The notes beneath the pieces are model-generated. The model was not told the origin of the DNA and made no database searches. It worked only from the letters and a program-made list of their open reading frames with translations. A DNA stretch of 64,000 nucleotides from Perna viridis (taxonomy: Eukaryota): positions 16,657,488 to 16,721,487 of the forward strand of contig CM074520.1 in the NCBI GenBank assembly GCA_037379345.1. Direction: 5' to 3'. Position numbers and translations under genes: made by a program. The first letter of the stretch is position 1; each line of letters starts with the position of its first letter. Shown here one piece after another: positions 63,266 through 64,000 of this stretch.

Positions 63266-64000
63266 GGTGTGGGTTGATTTTTGAGGTATTGACTCCAACC
63301 ATTTCTAATAAGGGGCCAAAAGGTGACCGCTTCTATTCTGGTCAAATTCATATACTGTGTCTTGTATTTCTAATCATAATCAAACTTCAAAGCTGTAACA
63401 ACTGTGAATGGTGTGTCCATACTTGCCCCAACTGATCATGGTTCGACATCTGTGGTCGTATTATGTTGCGCTGCATTTTATTCAAAAATGTTTAAAACAT
63501 TACTGTATTTTAGATTAAGCATTTTATATTAAATATCTACAGTTTAATATGATACAAGTAAAATTGAAATAACGTACATACACATCGAGTTTATTCTTTT
63601 ATCTAATTGTCTTGAGTTATATATTCTGTTTCAATTTCTAATATACCGACTGGCGGTTTTGTGGTATGGTATGCCCACTGTTACTGCAGGACCCTCTATA
63701 TAGTGGATAGAGTGACACCAAAGATTTTTAAAATTAGTATTCACTACTTGTCGGCTTGAAGTTACTATAATGCGCCGGAGTGGGTTGATATGACTTATGT
63801 AAGATGTTGCCTCTGTGAGCTGGCGCATCTGTCGTGAATATATATCTCGACAACTAAAAACGAGATTTGTGTATTCATCGATGCCTACCTGGACCATATA
63901 TACCTCCCATGCTAGCTGAATAATTTGAATTAAAGTTTTGTAAAAATCCATTATACTCGGCGTCACATAAATAACATACTGTTAAAATTTGAATACAAAT

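Larger units (their letters stand above)
57410..63745 (+). repeat. Inverted segmental duplication, arm 2 (contains the DUF229 pseudogene)
   Basis: Reverse-complement colinearity with 19000-25040. Confidence 0.9.

Overview
AT-rich, repeat-dense eukaryotic DNA. The repeat families and the peptide gene point to a bivalve, most likely a mytilid mussel; this is an inference from recalled repeat motifs, not a database result. Host genes are few. (1) An intact single-coding-exon DUF229 gene (alkaline phosphatase/sulfatase-like fold) at 20199-22115 (-) has a decayed copy at ~59689-61542 (+). The two sit in a ~6 kb inverted segmental duplication (~19000-25040 vs ~57410-63745). (2) A small spliced gene that the ORF track only half shows (CDS 52639-52687 + 53017-53201) encodes a 77-aa secreted precursor: a 22-aa signal peptide, a cationic 8-Cys CS-alpha-beta peptide with myticin-like cysteine spacing, and a C-terminal extension. 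An inverted relic copy next to it has lost the mature peptide. The rest is mostly transposon debris: a MULE deletion derivative with TIRs and an 8-bp TSD, a Gypsy RT relic, a DIRS element with ITRs carrying a nested Penelope/Naiad-like fragment, an IS3EU-like element, RTE/RTE-X-like LINEs, a complete SINE with a 15-bp TSD and a structured non-tRNA head, Kolobok-like and other MITEs, HINE-like elements, minisatellites and microsatellites. The best candidates for something undescribed are the divergent myticin-like peptide locus and two structured-RNA elements carried by retroelements.
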